Source of the DNA: Pelagomonas calceolata
Taxonomy: Eukaryota
Reading direction: 5' to 3'
Assembly (NCBI GenBank): GCA_918797485.1
Contig: CAKKNE010000005.1
Span: forward strand, 3,224,001 to 3,288,000
Length of the DNA: 64,000 nucleotides
Shown here: in pieces, positions 61,893-64,000 of the stretch
Numbering within the stretch: position 1 is the stretch's first letter
Layout: each line of letters opens with the position of its first letter
The notes under the pieces: generated by a model
Databases searched by the model: none
Told to the model about the DNA's origin: nothing
What the model saw: the letters and a program-made list of their open reading frames with translations, nothing else
Translations under genes and position numbers: made by a program

Positions 61893-62257
61893 AATGCGAT
61901 CGAGGCAAAGTTAACCAAGATGTCGGCGGGCGAGCGCATCCGCTACGAGCGCGCCGAGGCGGCGAAGACGAACAAGGCCGCAGCGGACGAGGCCATGCGC
62001 AAGATCAAGACGCTCGTCGGCGACAGTGCATAAATCAAATTGTCGCGACGCGTCTCCGCCACAGCTCAATCATGGCCTCCACGCCATCGACGCGACGCCG
62101 GCTCGATGGCGTGGTGTTGTGGCTCTCTACGGCCGCGTTCGAGAAACCGACTCACTGATTGATCTGCGCACAGGTCGGCGACCAGGACGCCGCGGACGCG
62201 AAGCCCTCGGAGGAGGGGATCCGGAACCCGGCGAAGTGGGACAAGGCGAGTGAGTAA
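61893..62257 (+). pseudogene. 5'-truncated duplicate (or alternative terminal exons) of the 61246 gene
   Basis: Encodes NAIEAKLTKMSAGERIRYERAEAAK...KWDKASE* after removing 62016-62173; lacks the N-terminal targeting part. Confidence 0.65.
62016..62173 (+). mobile_element. Introner intron (158 nt) with perfect 8-bp TSD
   Basis: TSD GTCGGCGA at 62016-62023 and 62174-62181; CAGTGCATAAATCAAATTGTCGCG...GCACAG; empty site at 61646-61653 in the first copy. Confidence 0.93.
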
Positions 62258-62262
62258 AATTC

Positions 62263-63276
62263 TTAGGAGCCAGCGTTCTGCTGCCGCGACCGGCGCTCGG
62301 CGGCGGCGAGGATCGCGTCCCGGTTTCCGCGGGCCGTGCGTTGTGGTGAAGGTGGCGTCGGCGTCGGCACGAGGGGCGCGGCCGCCGGCGCGGAGGCGCC
62401 CAGCACGCGCCCCTGTCCACCAGGTGGCTCGGGCGGAAACGCGGCCTGCCGCGCCTCGGCGAGCATCGTCCCGAAGCCCCGCTGCACCGCCGACGGATTT
62501 TCGGGGTCCGCCCAGTCGCCGCCCGAGACCGTAAAGGCCGACGCCCCCAGGCTCCGCTCGGCGCTCACGAAGGTCGAATCAGAAGTCACGCAGGCGAGAG
62601 CCGAGGCCGCCTCGCAGCGGCTCACGAGCGCGGGCTTGGGTTTGAGCACCTCCAGGTAGCCCTTCGCGTAGCCGTAGCCGTAGGCGCAGCCCAATGATAA
62701 TGAGAGCTTCGGCGCGCCCAAGATCAGCAACAATAACAAAAGGGCCGCGGGGTACCTATCTCTAGGCACCTGGATGGGAATGCAGGGCAGCGGGCGCGTG
62801 CCGTCGGGCGAGGAGAGGCACTCTATGGTAATAAGGCAGAGTAATAAGGGCCAGCCGCCGCTCGTCGCGGCGAGCGCCGGCTCCGCGGAGCCGATCATCA
62901 TCGTAAAGAGGTAGCACAGCGCGCAGAACGAGAGGTTGATGACAATGGAAGCTGTAAGGGTGGCTATCATCATTCGCATAGATCCCCAGCTCTGCTCGAG
63001 GCGCGGGCCGACGCCGTCGCCCAAAACAAAAAGGGCCACGACCGTCCCTAGCAACGAATTGCCGACGCAGGGCGACAGGATCAGGCGCCACAGTTCAAAC
63101 CGTCTTACAATGCGAAACGGCACGGTCTCGAGGCCGCGCTGGAGGTCCAAAATCCACGAGAAGCCGTAGCACGCGGCGAGGCCGACGCACAGTCCTCTAC
63201 AGACGACGGGCGTCCGCGCGGCCCAGGCCTCGTAGGCGCGGTTGAGGGGGTTGGCGTCCTCCGGGGGGGCCTGCAT
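62263..63276 (-). CDS. Rhomboid-like membrane protein (RBL15/RHBDD-like)
   Basis: FELWRLILS, LEQSWGS, several TM helices and C-terminal GQGRVLG; start uncertain. Confidence 0.75.
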   Translation of the reverse strand: MQAPPEDANPLNRAYEAWAARTPVVCRGLCVGLAACYGFSWILDLQRGLETVPFRIVRRFELWRLILSPCVGNSLLGTVVALFVLGDGVGPRLEQSWGSMRMMIATLTASIVINLSFCALCYLFTMMIGSAEPALAATSGGWPLLLCLITIECLSSPDGTRPLPCIPIQVPRDRYPAALLLLLLILGAPKLSLSLGCAYGYGYAKGYLEVLKPKPALVSRCEAASALACVTSDSTFVSAERSLGASAFTVSGGDWADPENPSAVQRGFGTMLAEARQAAFPPEPPGGQGRVLGASAPAAAPLVPTPTPPSPQRTARGNRDAILAAAERRSRQQNAGS

Positions 63277-63453
63277 CGATGCGTCGCGTCGATGGCGTAC
63301 AGGCTGGCGCAGAGAGGGTGAGCACAGAAGGTATTTTAGTGCGGTTCGCGAAGCGCTTCGCCGAGATGGCAGCAGCACCGTTGTAATGTGTACCTAATTT
63401 AAGTTATTCGCCCTCCACAACACCAAAGCGCTTTGAAGCGCGCGTTTCCGGAG

Positions 63454-63475
63454 CTAGCGTCCTGTAACACACTAG
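63454..63475 (+). promoter_or_regulatory. Paired-CTAG box in a divergent promoter
   Basis: CTAGCGTCCTGTAACACACTAG. Confidence 0.65.
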
Positions 63476-63635
63476 GAAATCGTCCGCAGCCAGCCGTTTC
63501 AGTCCGCGCGCGCGCTAAAATTCTGTTAGCCGACCACAGGCTAGTCGCTGTAACCTAACTTCTCGCTGCGCCCGCGAAACCGCGAGTCGTGCGCCCCAGC
63601 AGCCACCAAAACCAAAATCACTGATCAGAGCCAAA

Positions 63636-64000
63636 ATGCACAAAACACTTCTCGCGACCCTCCTCATTGCCGCCAGCGCTTTCCGTCCGCCGCTGCGCCT
63701 CGCACCGCTACGAACCCTCTCAACACTGCGCGCCGCGCCCGACGCGGACAAGTCCGTCGACGCGGCCATCGACCAGCGCGCCGCCGAACTGGCCTCATCG
63801 AAACAGATCGCGCGCGCGACGCTGCCGGGGAATAGGAGGGCGTTGGCATTGTGGCGCGTCGGCTGGCTCAGCTGGTGGTGCCAGGTCATCCTCACGACGA
63901 TCAGCGCCGTCGTGCTCACGTTCGCCAAAGTCTCGGCACCATCGACAGCCACCCAACCGGAGGCGGCGTTGGCGTCGGGGTTCCTCTTCGCGAGCGCCGG
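63636..64000 (+). CDS. Plastid-targeted DUF3611/Tic21(PIC1)-like membrane protein (partial)
   Basis: MHKTLLATLLIAASAF (ASAF motif), then LWRVGWLSWWCQVILTTISAVVLTF; the frame stays open to the window end, so the ORF track misses it. Confidence 0.72.
   Translation, partial: MHKTLLATLLIAASAFRPPLRLAPLRTLSTLRAAPDADKSVDAAIDQRAAELASSKQIARATLPGNRRALALWRVGWLSWWCQVILTTISAVVLTFAKVSAPSTATQPEAALASGFLFASA

Overview
Gene-dense, GC-rich eukaryotic nuclear DNA. It is most likely from a pelagophyte alga (Pelagomonas/Aureococcus-like); this is an inference from two aureochromes, bipartite plastid-targeting peptides (ASAF/AGF), introner-type introns and very short intergenic spacers. About 33 protein-coding genes can be supported, most of them intronless. 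I found no rRNA, tRNA, CRISPR array or autonomous transposon. Highlights: (1) a ~2009-aa membrane protein fusing a GH45 endoglucanase with intact catalytic motifs to a non-canonical cellulose-synthase-like GT2, flanked by two large cell-surface proteins; (2) a family of MITE-like introner introns with 8-bp target-site duplications and CTGTG/CAGTG termini, including a local duplication whose two copies give reciprocal filled and empty insertion sites; (3) a paired-CTAG motif (CTAGCG..TGTAAGACACTAG) in most promoter spacers, plus an invariant 21-mer in three tail-to-head spacers; (4) an STN7-like kinase-PDZ-PP2C phosphatase fusion with a putative plastid-targeting peptide; (5) a head-to-head aureochrome pair; (6) a 27-repeat Tudor-like protein with a 2019-nt higher-order duplication. 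All protein calls come from motif recognition by eye; no database searches were run.
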